Notes: generated by a model not told the origin, from the sequence alone. A stretch of DNA of 53,417 bases, filler included, from Squatina squatina (GCA_031763465.1; 3 parts of 3 records of this genome joined end to end with filler, not necessarily neighbours in it), one strand, 5' to 3'; numbered from the whole stretch's first letter, positions 35,174 to 48,934 are shown. A program made the numbers and translations.

Positions 35174-35956
35174 TTTCGTCCAGATGCGGTCTTTCTCACC
35201 AGAGTTTATTTTGACTTTATTCCTCTCATAAACATTTACGAGTGCTCACAAAAATAGAGAATTTGTTTATTCAGATTTTGCTCCCCCACTGGTACCGTAA
35301 CATGGCCCGAATACACCGGATGACAAGCAGGTGTTTGGGCCGCACTACAGACTCTTTGGTTTGAGTTTAACTTGGGCACATTTGGCCCCCCCCCGCCCCC
35401 AACCCTCCTAGCGGGTGGGGGAGGTACTTAAACAAGCCAGGAGCTTTCTGATCAAAAAGCTTACGGTGCAGACAGAAGTACTGGCGGTGAAACTAGTCAA
35501 CGCTCCCCCTGAAACATTTCCCTTTTTTTCCGTCACATGTGTCTTTGGGCTTTGAGCCGGAACTCTATGGTGTAAAGGTAAGTATCGAACCCATTCTTGA
35601 ATGAGATCTTACTACTCACAAGGGTAACAGATGCAACCGCCAAGCGACTTTCTCTTGGGCTACAGTTCTAATATTTTCATATCATTTGCATCAGGAAAAC
35701 AAACGCAACAACACAAGGTTCTTTATTTTAGCTCCAGGCTGTACAAAGGGGGTTTACAGTACGGCACACCATCTGTATCTGTGCTCTGTTTTTGAGTCAG
35801 CAAATTAGATATGCATCGGCAGACAGTGACTGTTTTAACTGGCAACAGAGTGAGTATTGTCAACTGAGCTGAAAGCATTTTTAACATACTTTACCCTGAA
35901 CTGTTCAGTGAGGCTGTCCTGACCCAAGTTAAAGGGAAATTTTAGTATAGGGATGT

Positions 35957-36175
35957 ATAGAATGATAGAAATTTATGGCACAGAAGGAGGCCATTTGGCC
36001 CATTGTGTCCGTGCTGGCCCAAAAAGAGCTAACCAGCCTAATCCCACTTTCCAGTTCGCGGTCCGTAGCCCTGTAGGTTACAGCACTTCAAGTGCACATC
36101 CAAGTACTTTTTAAATGTGGTGAGGGTTTCTGCCTCTACCACCCTCTCAGGCAGTGAGTTCCAGACCCCCACCGA
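35957..36175 (-). mobile_element. CR1/HER1-like LINE 3' end
   Basis: atagaatgatagaaatttatggcacagaaggaggccatttggccc..ctctaccaccctctcaggcagtgagttccagac. Confidence 0.85.
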
Positions 36176-37102
36176 CTACCAGTTTTACACCCCGCCCCGT
36201 GATGAAGTCAATGAAAATGGGCATCAGGTCCCGTCAGGGTAAAATTACACTTGAGTAAACTAGGTTTCCCTTTTCCCCAATGATTGGATGTCACGCTACA
36301 TTACAAGACACTCGTGGGCAGTGTTGCCAACACTTANNNNNNNNNNNNNNNNNNNNNNNNNNNNNNNNNNNNNNNNNNNNNNNNNNNNNNNNNNNNNNNN
36401 NNNNNNNNNNNNNNNNNNNNNNNNNNNNNNNNNNNNGGACCAAAGTTGCTAACTCTAGCTGTCATAGCCTGCCAATATGAAGAATGGCCAATGAGGATTG
36501 ATGGTGTTCATGGAATTGGTTCTCTAACAGGAGCCGCTGCCTTCAGGAGAGGAAGGGAGAAAACTGGTGCAAAAATGAACTAGAAATCAAGCTTGTCCTA
36601 ACTGTATATTCCAATAAATACGGTAGTTGTAAGGCTTGCTGTCTGATAGGCCGTAGGGAGTCACCACATGGTCGGCCTGTAACTGTGGAATGCTTTTAAA
36701 CAAACTCTCACTGTAAGCCCATCTGCAAGTAATCATTTCCTACCCAAAGACTATGCACTTTCAAGAAAAAGCACTTACACTGCACACAACAAATTCTACA
36801 TGGTCTCTAGAATAACAATCTTGCCAGCAATTAATAAAGCTTCCCTTGTGGAAGCGAGCTCAGTACTTTCATTCTATGCTCCTTGATTACACCACAGCCC
36901 CAGCAGAACCCCCTCTGATTGCGCAAAGACTGTGAGCCAAAGGTCTGATGTTTTACATCCATTCTGAATCCCAAATAAGTCATCAGATCTCCCTGAGATT
37001 TGNNNNNNNNNNNNNNNNNNNNNNNNNNNNNNNNNNNNNNNNNNNNNNNNNNNNNNNNNNNNNNNNNNNNNNNNNNNNNNNNNNNNNNNNNNNNNNNNNN
37101 NN

Positions 37103-37343
37103 AGGGCCTAATGGCCTACTCCTGTACCTATTTTCTATGTTTCTATGTTTCTATGTGTCAGTGTTTATGCTTCACGTGAGCCACCTCCTACCTTACTTCA
37201 ACTCACCCTATCAGCATATCCTTCAATTCCTTTTTCCCTCACCTACTGATCTAGCTTCCCCTTAAATGCATCTATACTATTCGCCGCAACTACTCCATGT
37301 GGTAGCAAGTTCCACAATCTAACCAGTCTCTGGGTAAAGAAGT
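37103..37343. mobile_element. Two CR1 pieces tail-to-tail: a + strand 3' end with (ttctatgt)n tail and a - strand fragment
   Basis: aatggcctactcctgtacctattttctatgtttctatgtttctatgt, then ctagcttccccttaaatgcatct..ggtagcaagttccacaatctaaccagtctctgggtaaagaag. Confidence 0.7.
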
Positions 37344-37471
37344 GATGACCTGTGGCTTGACCCCTCTTCCCTTGCAGATTGACTTTAAGTGACGTTGAAC
37401 AAATTGAAGTAATCAGATGTCAGTACTTCCTCCAACCAGATAAACATCATATTGAAATTCGGTTTACAAAA

Positions 37472-37492
37472 ACACACACACACACACACACA
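37472..37492. repeat. (CA)n microsatellite
   Basis: Directly visible. Confidence 0.95.
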
Positions 37493-39000
37493 AGTAATGT
37501 CAATTTTACAACTGGAAGCCTACTTTCAGCTAAGAGACGTGAGCAGACAAGTTGTGCCAGCTTACGCAGCTGAGGATGCGTCTCCTGGCCAGAGGGCCCA
37601 ATAGTTAAGTTGTAGAGCTCTTTCCTGTAGATTGACTGCTGGGTGGGGATCCTAAGACAACCTGCCAAACAAATTCACAAGGTCTCAAGTGGATGACTTA
37701 TACATTTCTCAGCCAGACCAGTAGGTGAAGCGTCGTGTGGAAGAACAGGACCACTAGCATTGCCAAGCCAAAAACCAGACAGGGACAAGATGAGGGTGGG
37801 TGGAGGCCATAACTTGAATTCCATTGTTTGCTGTTAATGAGAATTCATTGAAAACTCTACTGATTAATGCTCCACGTGGTAAGGCACAGATACATCGGGG
37901 GAAAAGTTCACTTCTGTTTTGAAAATCAGGCCTTTGGTGTCTGGTTTAGATTTTAGAATGTTTTCAGACACGTCACTCAAAGACAACGCAATCCCAGGAG
38001 TGAGACATTCCACGTCTGAATGAGGGATGAGTGGGAACTTGCTCACTTTGTTCCAGGGTAACGCCGGCGATCATTTGTGTTGCTCATGAGCAATCTGCGG
38101 CACTGACCATGACTTCTTAGCTAGAAAATGATGTTTGCTGTGACGAATGGTGCCAATGGGTGACAGCACACTCCAAATGCTTCATATTAAGCCAGTGTTT
38201 ATCCAATACAGATTGCAAATGAGCAAAAGTAACCCACAATTTTCATTGCAACTTCTCAGTCAGTTGTCTTGCTGTACATGTAGCAGAGTGTTTACTAACG
38301 ATCAACATTCTTAAAAGCAAACAAAAGGCCTGTGGGCCCACAGATCGCCCTACTTCCACCTACCCACCTTCTCGTCATGACCCTCAATCCATTTTGTCTC
38401 CATAAACACATTTGGTTGCCTCTTGAGCCCACCATTTTAATTAGCTTCTCTGTTACACTGTACAACAAATCTGTTATGCTTTGGTTCAAAAAAAAAATCT
38501 GCCTAAACATTTAACTTGTATCCTCTGGTATTTGAACCATGGGAGAAAGTTTGCCTCAAACCAACTATATTCTAAAAGGTTTGTAATATAACCATTCCAA
38601 CGACACGTGTGGGCTGCAGTGTTAAATCCCCGAGGCAAATTTCCTTCACTGAAAAGGTCACGCACTTCAAACCAAAACCACCATCGCTCTAAAATACAGA
38701 GACGTGTTAGAACATTGTTCTTACCCTCCTTCAAAGATCTTAATTCTAGTTGGCTCCAGTCTCTTGGGTGTTGAAGTATCATCTTCATGCTTCTCTCTCC
38801 TTTCTTCTTCCTTTTCTATTTTGCAGACTTCTTTTCTACCATCACCAGAAAGCAGGGAAGGAATATGAATCTATGCAGGAAGATTCGAATTGTATAATTA
38901 GTTTAATTTTGGGCAATATGCTTACCTCTCTCACTCTTCCCTTCCTCTTACAATCTGCGTGCTTTTAAAGTCAAGCTTGGCATCAGCACAAGGAGTCGTC

Positions 39001-39230
39001 GAAAGGGATCTGGGAGTAATAGCAGACTTGCAATGGTCAATGTCCAGACAAATTGGTGAAGCAATTAACAAAAGCTAATAAAATGTTGGGAATTAAAGCC
39101 AGAAGGGTGGAATACAAGTCACCAGATGTTACGCTAAGTGTGGATAATGCATTAGTCAGACCTTACTCGGAGTGTTCAATACTGGACACCAGGCCAGAAA
39201 AAGGATAGACTGCATTCGATAGACTGCAGG
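39001..39230 (+). mobile_element. Decayed CR1 ORF2 fragment
   Basis: ERDLGV..KANKMLG..RVEYKS..ALVRP motifs with frameshifts. Confidence 0.75.
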
Positions 39231-39289
39231 TTTTATACTGGGGAGGGTGCAGGTCGCATAGGACCTTGAGGTTGTAAAAAAGCCAGGTT

Positions 39290-39600
39290 CAGTCTGAGGC
39301 AGTGGCTGGGGAGCGGGGTGGAGTCGTGGTGAGGGTGCTGAGTTTGAGGCCCAAGACAATGGATTTGGCTTTACTGATGTTTAGCTGGAGGAAATTATGG
39401 CTCATCCAAAACTGGATGTTGGACGAGCAATCTGACAGCACAGAGGCGGTGAAAATGTCAAGATAATGGAGAGGCAGAGCTCGATGTCATCAGTGCACAT
39501 GCAGAAGCTGATCGCATATTTGTAGATGATGTTGGCAAAAGGCAGCATGTAGATGAGGAAGAGGAGGAAACCAAGGATGGTTCCATGATGGATTCTCAAG
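39290..39600 (-). mobile_element. Decayed L2 reverse transcriptase fragment
   Basis: HGTILGFLLFLIYMLPFANIIYKYAISFCMCTDDIELCLS is a degenerate form of QGSILGPLLFLIYMLP..YADDTQLY. Confidence 0.8.
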
Positions 39601-40120
39601 GTAAACTTTGTCTGACCAGGAAGAAAAGTCATTGTTAATTTTCCTTTGGCTATTTAAGAGTGGAGGAACAAGAAAAGAAAATTTGGTCCATCAAGTTGCC
39701 TCTGCTCACCCCCCAGTCCCTTCCACAGATCTGTTGTGACAAAAATCAGCTGAAAGAGGAACTTTAAAAGGTTGACTAAGCTGAAGATGATCATTGCTTC
39801 AACCAAACCAACATCTTGGATATCTAGCAGACTAATTGTCAATAAGCTGAGGGAGATGACAATCTGGATAGATCCTTGAGACTTTAACAGAGCTATAAGG
39901 AGATCACTATCCAATGCACACTGAGTAAATCTTACCACAAGAAAGTATTCAGTATTTTGGATGGAATGACTTTTTTTTAATGCAGTCCTGGAAGAAGAGA
40001 GTACGACAGAAAGATTTCAGTACAGGCAAGACTTCATGCAATAGATGGGCTTACAGGAGCAAAGGTTGTTGTAGGTAACATATTGGTGTATAGTGAAGGT
40101 GACATCAGATGTAATAATTG

Positions 40121-40374
40121 AATAGAATCATAGAATGGTTACAGCACTGAAGGAGGCCATTCGGCCCGTCAAGCCCATGCCGGCTCTCTGCAAGAGCACT
40201 TCAGCTAGTCTCACTCCCCGCCCTTTTCCTGTAGCCCTGCAAATTTTGTTCCTTCAGGTACTTATCCAACTCCCTTTTGAAAGCCACAATTGAGTCTGCC
40301 TCCACCACCCTTTCAGGCAATGCATTCCCGATCCCAACCACTCGCTGTGTAAAAAAGATTTTCCTCATGTCACC
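40121..40374 (-). mobile_element. CR1/HER1-like LINE 3' end
   Basis: atagaatcatagaatggttacagcactgaaggaggccattcggccc..caaccactcgctgtgtaaaaaagattttcctcatgtc. Confidence 0.85.
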
Positions 40375-40781
40375 TGATAAATAGGCTCCTCTACCACTCT
40401 TACATTACTGTCAATGAATTAAAATACTTTAGATTCCACTCTGTAGTAAACTTGAATCCTCACACTTGGTACTCTACATCTTGCAATTTAAGCTTTGAGG
40501 GCTAGAAATTCATCTCNNNNNNNNNNNNNNNNNNNNNNNNNNNNNNNNNNNNNNNNNNNNNNNNNNNNNNNNNNNNNNNNNNNNNNNNNNNNNNNNNNNN
40601 NNNNNNNNNNNNNNNNNNNNNNNNNNNNNNNNNNNNNNNNNNNNNNNNNNNNNNNNNNNNNNNNNNNNNNNNNNNNNNNNNNNNNNNNNNNNNNNNNNNN
40701 NNNNNNNNNNNNNNNNNNNNNNNNNNNNNNNNNNNNNNNNNNNNNNNNNNNNNNNNNNNNNNNNNNNNNNNNNNNNNNNNN

Positions 40782-43700
40782 GATGCACCAACTGGCGTAC
40801 ACAGAAGAGCTTCGGTCAGTTTGCTGCACAGGATTTGGCTTGGTGTATTTCAAGTAGCACCAACTGACATCAGTGGTTGTGTGAAGGCTCGAGAAGTGTA
40901 GGACCTGTTGGACATCGCTAACGTCCGTGACGAGAAAGGTGCTGGGCTTCACGGGGCTGGGGCTGGTGCTTGGCTCGGGTAAAGTGCTGGAGCTGAGTTG
41001 CTGAAGCTCTTGCAAGTGCAGAGGGGATCTCTCTCGGACCGTCTCCTGGGAATCTTCTTTCTTCACTGGGCCGAGAGGCATTTTACTTCTGTACTGATGT
41101 CCCGACCACTGCTTGTATTTCTCCGAAGGCCCAGGTGACTGCAGGGAGGACTGTAGGAGGGACAGAGTTTGCTTTGAACCAGAATCCCATTCTTGGGAGG
41201 TTTGAGTAGACGATGCCTTTGATTCAGCTGGGTGCTGTCTTGCCGGCTGAGGTTTCTGCAGTCTTGCAGTGTCCTCCGCCCTTGAATGTATTGCACTTAA
41301 ATGTTTAACTGGCTCAGTGCTCTCTTCTGATTCCTCTTCAATCTCTTCCTCCTTCACACGTTTTTGTTGCTGGGTCTCCATCGTCAGTTCTAAGCTACCT
41401 GCTGGAGACAACATCCGTTTGCTTCCGCCAATGGTAGACGGATAACTATCTGTTCCGTAAGTGCCCTCTGTTGGTGATGCAAGTGGTATATAACCCTTTC
41501 TTTCTGTCATGGGTAATGGTATTCTTAAGTATGGCGATTGGAACAAATCTCTGTGGTGGCCAGCAATCATCTGTGCCAAGTCGAGCCCTATCCCGTGCAT
41601 TGCCGCAGTACACACAAGGGTGCCTTTGGGCCTGCTGTCTTCCACTCTGCAGATGACCACTGTAGAAGGGCTTTCTGCCGACTGCGTCACCAACATTTGA
41701 GACAGAGTAGTGTACATTGGGCTCCCGTAGGTTGGCATGTGGGCCTGGACCCTGACGGGCACCACAAGTGATACCACAGNNNGCAGAGGCTCAGGAAATT
41801 CAGTAATTGAGGGCTGCGAGGCTGACAATGACACGGTGCCTGTGGATGGAACAGCGGAAGAATGGGCAGTGCTGGCTGCACCGTACTCGGACTGCGAGTG
41901 AAAAGGCGGTGAGCGAGAGGGAACGCGGATTGGGGGAGACAGATGGGACGGGTGCTTCTGCTCCCCGAAATGACCACCGGCTTCTGCCTGCAACTGAAAG
42001 GCAAGCTGTGAGTGCACTGGCAGGAAGATGGCTTGAGAAGCGGAGGTGGGAGCTGGCCGCTGCATGTGCAGGAGCGAAGAAGGATGAACTGGCAACTCCA
42101 CTGGCTGTGGTAGAAGCTGCTGTCCAACCTGGAGTTGCGTTTGCCTAAGGGGCAGCTGCGGCGATGAAAACAGAGGATATGGGACGTGAGGCACAGGCAT
42201 GGGAGTTGAAAGCACCTCTGGCATCCCCGGCGATGAAAGCAGTGACGATATCTGCCCTTGCTGCTGAAGGAGATGCTGACCTGGAAAAGCAGGGAGCTGC
42301 TGCGGCAAGTATTGCTTATGTTGCGGCACAGCTTGTGGTAATGGCTGCTGAAATACCTGGAAGGCCTCGATTGGTGGCTGGGTGTAAAACACTTGGGTCG
42401 CATCAGACTGCGGTTGCAAATCACTCGGCTGGCAGGAATGAGGCAACGAAGGAGGGGGAGAATGATAGTGAGAACTTGGACCATGAACAGAAGATTTACC
42501 TAAAGCGTGTGCTTGCTCATGTTTCTCTTGCCTTGCACCGGATTTGGGGTCTTGCTCAGATTCGGCGTACCCGCTGAGTGAAGTCTGGCGAACCAGGAAA
42601 CACCTTCTCCTTTCTTTCAAAGGGGAGAGGAGCTTAGGGCCCGAGGATGACTCAGAGGACAAACTGCCATAATCAAAAGACTTGCTGCGCACTTCAGGCG
42701 CTTCAGAAGGCTGTTGCCCGCTGGAGGCTTGTTCCGATGAGGACCGCCTCATTTCACGTTGGTGGTGGTAGTGACTGGGTACAGTCAGCATGTGCGAGCC
42801 CAGAGGCCTAGTGTGGATCTCGGATGGCTGCCCGGCAAGTTCCTTTAACGAGGTAGCTTCCGGCTTACAGTGCTCCTCCCTTTCAAATGATGCCGAGCGA
42901 CTCGAACCGTGGGAGATACTACTTTCTTGACTTGGGCTTCTCGTCAGCGTGACCGACTCGAAGCTCGATTCGCCCGAAGACTGCGACATTTCAGCCAAGC
43001 GCAGTCTCTTCTTTTTCGGCGGGAGCTTCTCTGTTGGAAACTGCGAAAGAGTTTGACTCCTCTGTGGCCATTGGAATTCTTCAGGTGGTTTTTCTGGCTC
43101 TTTAGCGCTCGCTTCTTTCTCCCTCTCTAATTTATCCGGCTCTTCCGTTACAAGGATTTCAGGTACCTGGATTTTCCGTTGGCGGACTAATCGGGCTTGT
43201 AAGGGATGATGATGATGGTGGTGATGACGAGAATGCTGAGAGACTGGTTGCCAAGTTCCAGTTGGTTCTACGTCACCTGTTTGTGAAGGATACTCGACTG
43301 ACAGGTTTTCTTGTGAACTCACACTGCTAAGGTGCTCTAGAGATTCTGATTTTTCAAAAGAACTGGGCCTGCTCAACGTGTTGGTGTGTTGGATGACGGA
43401 AATTTCCTTTCCANNNNNNNNNNNNNNNNNNNNNNNNNNNNNNNNNNNNNNNNNNNNNNNNNNNNNNNNNNNNNNNNNNNNNNNNNNNNNNNNNNNNNNN
43501 NNNNNNNNNNNNNNNNNNNNNNNNNNNNNNNNNNNNNNNNNNNNNNNNNNNNNNNNNNNNNNNNNNNNNNNNNNNNNNNNNNNNNNNNNNNNNNNNNNNN
43601 NNNNNNNNNNNNNNNNNNNNNNNNNNNNNNNNNNNNNNNNNNNNNNNNNNNNNNNNNNNNNNNNNNNNNNNNNNNNNNNNNNNNNNNNNNNNNNNNNNNN

Positions 43701-45754
43701 NNNNNNNNNNNNNNNNNNNNNNNNNNNNNNNNNNNNNNNNNNNNNNNNNNNNNNNNNNNNNNNNNNNNNNNNNACATCATGAGGTAGAGCCCTATGTTCT
43801 GCTTCCCGAGGAACGTGCGCCAGGTAGGGCCGGGATCTCGGTGCGTGCAATTCTGAGCAGTAATATTTCTTATGGGTTTCGTAGTTGTTCCGTTTCCGGT
43901 ACCGGGCCCCACAGATGTCACATTCATACATCAATCCTTTCACCCGTGGGCCTTTCTTGGTCTTTTTGGTGGGGTCGGACTCAGCAGGTTCTTGTTCTTC
44001 GCCAGGCCTGCTTGGCAGCGCCTGCGTCTCTTTCCCTGAATAACCACCTTCCTCCGTCTGATACTCCATCCCCGCAGGCAACTCAATTGCTTTTTGTCTC
44101 TTCAGCATGCGGTGGTGAGATATCAGCCCATGACTGAAGACCTGGTCGGGCTCCGTCATTCTATCGTCGAACGAGTAGCTTCCCTTGAACGCTGGCGGGA
44201 AACAGGTGCTACTTGCAGAAGGCATGGAGTTGCTTCTCATCAGAGGCACTGTTTCGGTGGCACTATGGACATGGTGGACCGCTGAGAATGTATGCCTGCT
44301 TGGATCTGAGCTCATGCTACTGGAGCCCAGTGACTTCAGGTCGAACTGAAAAGAATCTCTGGAGGTACTTGGCTTTGGAGACTCAATGCTACCGCGTCTG
44401 GATAATGAGGTCCTGCGAGGCTTGACGCTGTCGATCTGGCTGGTGTCCACCACTGCTTCGTTAATGGTGATGAGCTTGGTGATGTGTTCAATAACATTTT
44501 GTTCCATTTGGGCTTTAGGCACGGAAAATGAAAGTGCTCCAGGCTTGTCTTCAGAGGTCATCTGCGGCGCCCTCTGAGTCGCACTTGCCGCTATCATGGA
44601 TGTTCTCTGACCGTATCGACCATACTTTCCGAGAATAATCTCGGCGTAAGACTTTGCGCTCGTCTGCGGAGGACTGATTTGCAGCTCCGCACTTTCTGAC
44701 CGGGAGAAGTAACCCGACTCCGTGCTCCCTTTGCTCCCAGGGCTCAGAAACGTCTGGGACTGTTCGTCAGCTAACGCCTTCCTCCTCTCGCTGAGCCGCA
44801 GTGCTAGTTTTTGCTTAATAGTGTGCGAGTCTTCTGGCTTGTGGCTGAAGGAGAGGTCAAGGGAGGATTCCGAAACCTGTGAACCTTCGTCGAGAGACGG
44901 AGTTTCACTTGGCTGAGCTAACATACAGGCCGCTTGCCTTGGACTCGATTCCTGTGCACCAAATGAACTAGAGCCTGGAATGTGCTTATGTTTGGACGGC
45001 AGGTCGAGCGAGTGACCCGACATCCCAGAAGTCTCGTCTTCTGAATCTGTGCTTTCATCTCCTTCTGTATGCTCCTCGGGTTCGTCCCCACTGAGCTTCT
45101 CCATTTCTAGACTGGAGGTGCTTGTAAATGCCTCTCCTTTTGTGCCCGAGACCAGCCCTGCTTTGAGTTTATGAGCGTGAGATTTCCTATGTTTGTACAA
45201 ATTGCTTTTCGTCTTGAAAGAGAACCCACATGAATGGCAAGGGTAGGGGCGCTCACCTGTATGTGACCTGATGTGTTTTTGAAGCACGCTGGGCTTAGCG
45301 CAAGGTCGACTGCAGAACTGGCAAATGTACTTGCCGGGCTTTTGAGGCTTCTTGTCCTTTCTGGGCGCCTCCTCTTGTTTCAAAGTAACCTGAGTGGTAT
45401 GGTGGCCATAAACAGGTTGGGCAGACTGGGGGTCCTCTTTGGGAATGATGGGGGCACGGGAGGGAAGAAGGTGTCCATGTGAGTGAAGCCCGGAGTGTAT
45501 GAAAGGCCCGGAGGCAACAGGCCCCCTTGGGTCAAACAGCTGCCACGATCGTCTCTCAAGAGCGAGTTCTGGTTTTACCGCGGCCATGAATGCTGGTGGC
45601 ATGGGTTGTTGCAGGAGCTGCGGCGAGGCGTGGTGTGACTGCTCGTAGGAATAAGCGCTGGTGTGCTTTGGCTGGTCCGGTGTCGGGGCCTGTTGGTGAG
45701 CGCGCTCCGGGGGAATCTGCAGCGGTCCTGAAAAACACGGCTGGGACGGGATGA
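40782..45754 (-). CDS. HIVEP3: HIVEP3 (Schnurri-3), giant first coding exon, partial at both ends
   Basis: [58 protein letters not shown] (C2H2 pair), [31 protein letters not shown], the CCHC finger [24 protein letters not shown], and [27 protein letters not shown] and QRSQTL favour HIVEP3 over HIVEP1/2. Confidence 0.93.
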
Positions 45755-47333
45755 NNNNNNNNNNNNNNNNNNNNNNNNNNNNNNNNNNNNNNNNNNNNNN
45801 NNNNNNNNNNNNNNNNNNNNNNNNNNNNNNNNNNNNNNNNNNNNNNNNNNNNNNCTGATCATTTAAAAAGTCATGCTCCTTGTTCAAAGCCAATGCTGCT
45901 TTAAAAGGTGCCATCACCAACATACTTAATGCACAGAGTATCCAGTCTGCTCTGACATTTCTCATGTTCAAAGGCTCTCACGCTTTGCAGGGCAGAAAGA
46001 AAAGCTTTCAGCTCCTAAGCAACTAATGTTAAGGAAACACTAGAAAGCTTATTCAGCTGGGGGGGGGGGCAGCTTCTGCCTCCAAGGCAAATGAGAAAAT
46101 TGCAGATTAACTACCAGTTTTATTACTTACAGGAACAGGCTGAAACAGAGATCTGATCTCAATGCGGAAACAGCGTGTGTTAATATTTACACACCGTCAC
46201 GCTTCTACAGTACTTTAAAGCAGGCTCCACATCAATCTTGAGTATTAACTGACTGACACGGCACAACCACAGAGTGACATTTGCACATGAGAGAGAAAGA
46301 GCGAGAGAAATCAAGAAAAGGAACAGATAAAATCCTTTGCAGTCTGACCCACCNNNNNNNNNNATCATCTTGAATCCCCCCCCACTCTCTGCTATCTCGA
46401 TTCTGTCTCTGCAGTTCTGCACGATACAGCAGTCCATGAGGTGGGAACATGACAACAAGATACTGACACGGTTTGGTAGTAAAGTTATTTCAGTGCACCT
46501 TATTTGGTCTGTGATGTAAGAGGAAGTTCTGCAGTCAGTGCTGCCTCCTTTTTCCATTCACTACAACATTTCCTGTTGTCATTAGTTTTTTTGCAGCNNN
46601 NNNNNNNNNNNNNNNNNNNNNNNNNNNNNNNNNNNNNNNNNNNNNNNNNNNNNNNNNNNNNNNNNNNNNNNNNNNNNNNNNNNNNNNNNNNNNNNNNTCT
46701 TCAAGTACTGCTGTGGAGTTTTAGTAAAGTTAGCAAGCAGCTTGGTTTTCGGTGGAAAGTTTCATTATTGCATGCTACTGAAATTCAGATCGCTGGAAAT
46801 TCAGTCGAGTGTTAGAATTAACTTATCGTGACTGAACTTTAGTAACACCACTGGAGTCAGGTCGACAACATGACACAGCAATACTGGACTCCTGTCTCCC
46901 GGGTTTCACTTGAAGCCTTCACTACTTCAAAAAAAAAAATTCTTTTTGGAACAATCTTTTTTTTATTAATACCTGTCCCAGAAAAATTGCTTTTCCAAAT
47001 TAATTCTACCCCTGGAAATTTAAGGGCACAGGCACATTATGGGGAAAACCCCCCAGCAGGAAGCCTTCTGATGGATAAGATGCAGAGCCTCACTTGGTTC
47101 ACTCGGTGAATGAGCTACTGGCTGAGAAACTCACTTTCCTGCCTACTACCAGGTGAGTAAATCAGTGCCAAAAGCTACAAATCTGCTCGCGTTGTCAGCC
47201 ATCTGGATTTGTTTAACCGAAGGAACACACACTGGGCCACTTGGACAAAGGTCGAGCTTTCGAATGACTTGTTCATTTCCTCTGCGCTAAGTACTGCATT
47301 TTTATGTCTACCACACAGCAGCGGTGAAACATC

Positions 47334-47873
47334 TTTGACAGCGCCTCCCAAATCCACAACCTCTACCACCGAACACAAGGGCAGCAGGTGCATGGGAACA
47401 TCACCACCTCCACAATTAAGTGGCCATTAAAGCGTGATGGAATACTCTCCACTTGCCGGGATGAGTGCAGCTCCAACAGCACTCAAGAAAATCGACAAAA
47501 TCCACGGCAAAGCAACCCACTTGATGGGCACCCCACCGATCACCTTTAACATTCACTCCCTCCACCACCGGCGCACCGTGGCTGCAGTGTGTACCATCCA
47601 CAAGATGCACTGCAGCAGCTCTCCAAGGCTTCTTCGGCAGCACCTCCTAAAACCCGCGATTTCCACCACATAGAAGGACAAGGGCAGCAAGTGCATGGGA
47701 ACACCATCACCTTCAAATTCGAAGCCACACACCATCCTGACTTGGACATATATCACTGTTCCTTCATCATCGCTGGGTCAAAATCTCGGATCTCCCGGCC
47801 TAACTGCAGTGTGGGAGCACATTCACCACACAGACTGCAGCGGTTCAAGAGGAAGGCCCACCATCACCTTCTC
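47334..47873 (+). mobile_element. CR1-group LINE ORF2 C-terminal fragment, preceded by a short second piece of the same family
   Basis: VMEYSPLAGMSAAPTALKKIDKIHGKATHLMG..IHSLHHRRTVAAVCTIHKMHC. 47334-47412 repeats the sequence at about 47631-47712. Confidence 0.8.
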
Positions 47874-48419
47874 ANNNNNNNNNNNNNNNNNNNNNNNNNN
47901 NNNNNNNNNNNNNNNNNNNNNNNNNNNNNNNNNNNNNNNNNNNNNNNNNNNNNNNNNNNNNNNNNNNNNNNNNNCCATGTTGGTTTGGCTCTGTCCCATA
48001 TCAGTCAGTGCCTTTATCCACTGAGTCATTGGAAAAGCTTCATGTTTTATTTTTAAACCAGTCCTAGATACTGTTAAATGTGAATTATGGTTTTGTGGTT
48101 TTATTAATGTACATCTGTGAGCATTTTACAGAAATACTGAGTACTTATAAAATATTCAGCAGGATTCCCATTCATAAGCCAGCAGGACTCCTTAAACATC
48201 GAATCTGTAATACTACAGACATTCCTGCCATAAATATTGTTGCAACCAGAGGAATAGTGGCTATCTGAGGGTGATTATATAGCACCAATAGTGGATATCT
48301 TGCTCTGCCCCGTCAGCCACTTCGCTTTCTGAAGTGCTTCGCTCATGAGTTACGTAAGATTGCCAAATCCTCTGATCAGAAGAGGATCTTACCTTTTCTA
48401 TCCAGAAACAAAATGATGG

Positions 48420-48650
48420 TTTGCCCCATCACAGCATCCAAGGTTTTAGCCTCCACTATCCTATACAGTGAAGTACAAGTATTGATCACCCTTTGAGTGA
48501 AGAATTCCCTGATGCTACTCCTAAAGTAGTTTTTCACCAGTTTGAATCTACGCTCCCTTGTTCTGCTGTCGAGCCTAGCTTGACCTTCTGCACTGAATTT
48601 TACTTTTCTATGTAGATATTTGAATACCCCAATATAACTCCACAAAGTCC
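48420..48650 (-). mobile_element. Decayed CR1 3' ORF2 fragment
   Basis: RTRERRFKLVK..REFFTQRVINTCTSL..IVEAKTL matches CR1 RTRGHxxKL..FFxQRVVNxWNxL..VVEA. Confidence 0.75.
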
Positions 48651-48934
48651 CCTTCTCAGCTGCCTCCTTTCACCAAAAACACCTTGTCCTTAATATAGAA
48701 AAACACCCAAAGGCACTTTACAGAGGGAAAAATGAAAAGGAACAGATACTGAGCCATGGTGGAAGAGTTAGGTGGGTTTTCAAAAACTTGGTTGAGATGG
48801 TGGGTTTTAAGCAGGCTTTCACAGGTGGACAGAGAATAACAGAGCCAGAGGAGTTCAGAGAAAAGGGGCAAGGTGGCTCGAGCCTCTACTACCAATGGTG
48901 GGACAAAGGGGGGGTGACCATGGGTGGTGTGGTC

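Noticed and set aside
35073-40782. QKI-HIVEP3 linkage as a paralogon signal
   Set aside because: A synthetic spacer separates them, so adjacency is not evidence.
41471-45482. Numerous plus-strand and alternative-frame ORFs over HIVEP3 (likewise over TANC2)
   Set aside because: Shadow ORFs of GC-rich coding exons.
45855-45971. Hydrophobic N-terminus (MNMRNVRADWILCALSMLVM..) of the 1827-aa ORF, resembling a signal peptide on HIVEP3
   Set aside because: It is joined to HIVEP3 only through a 100-N gap and begins at a non-ATG codon. The DEFLALKA* end beyond the 265-N gap is likewise unsupported.
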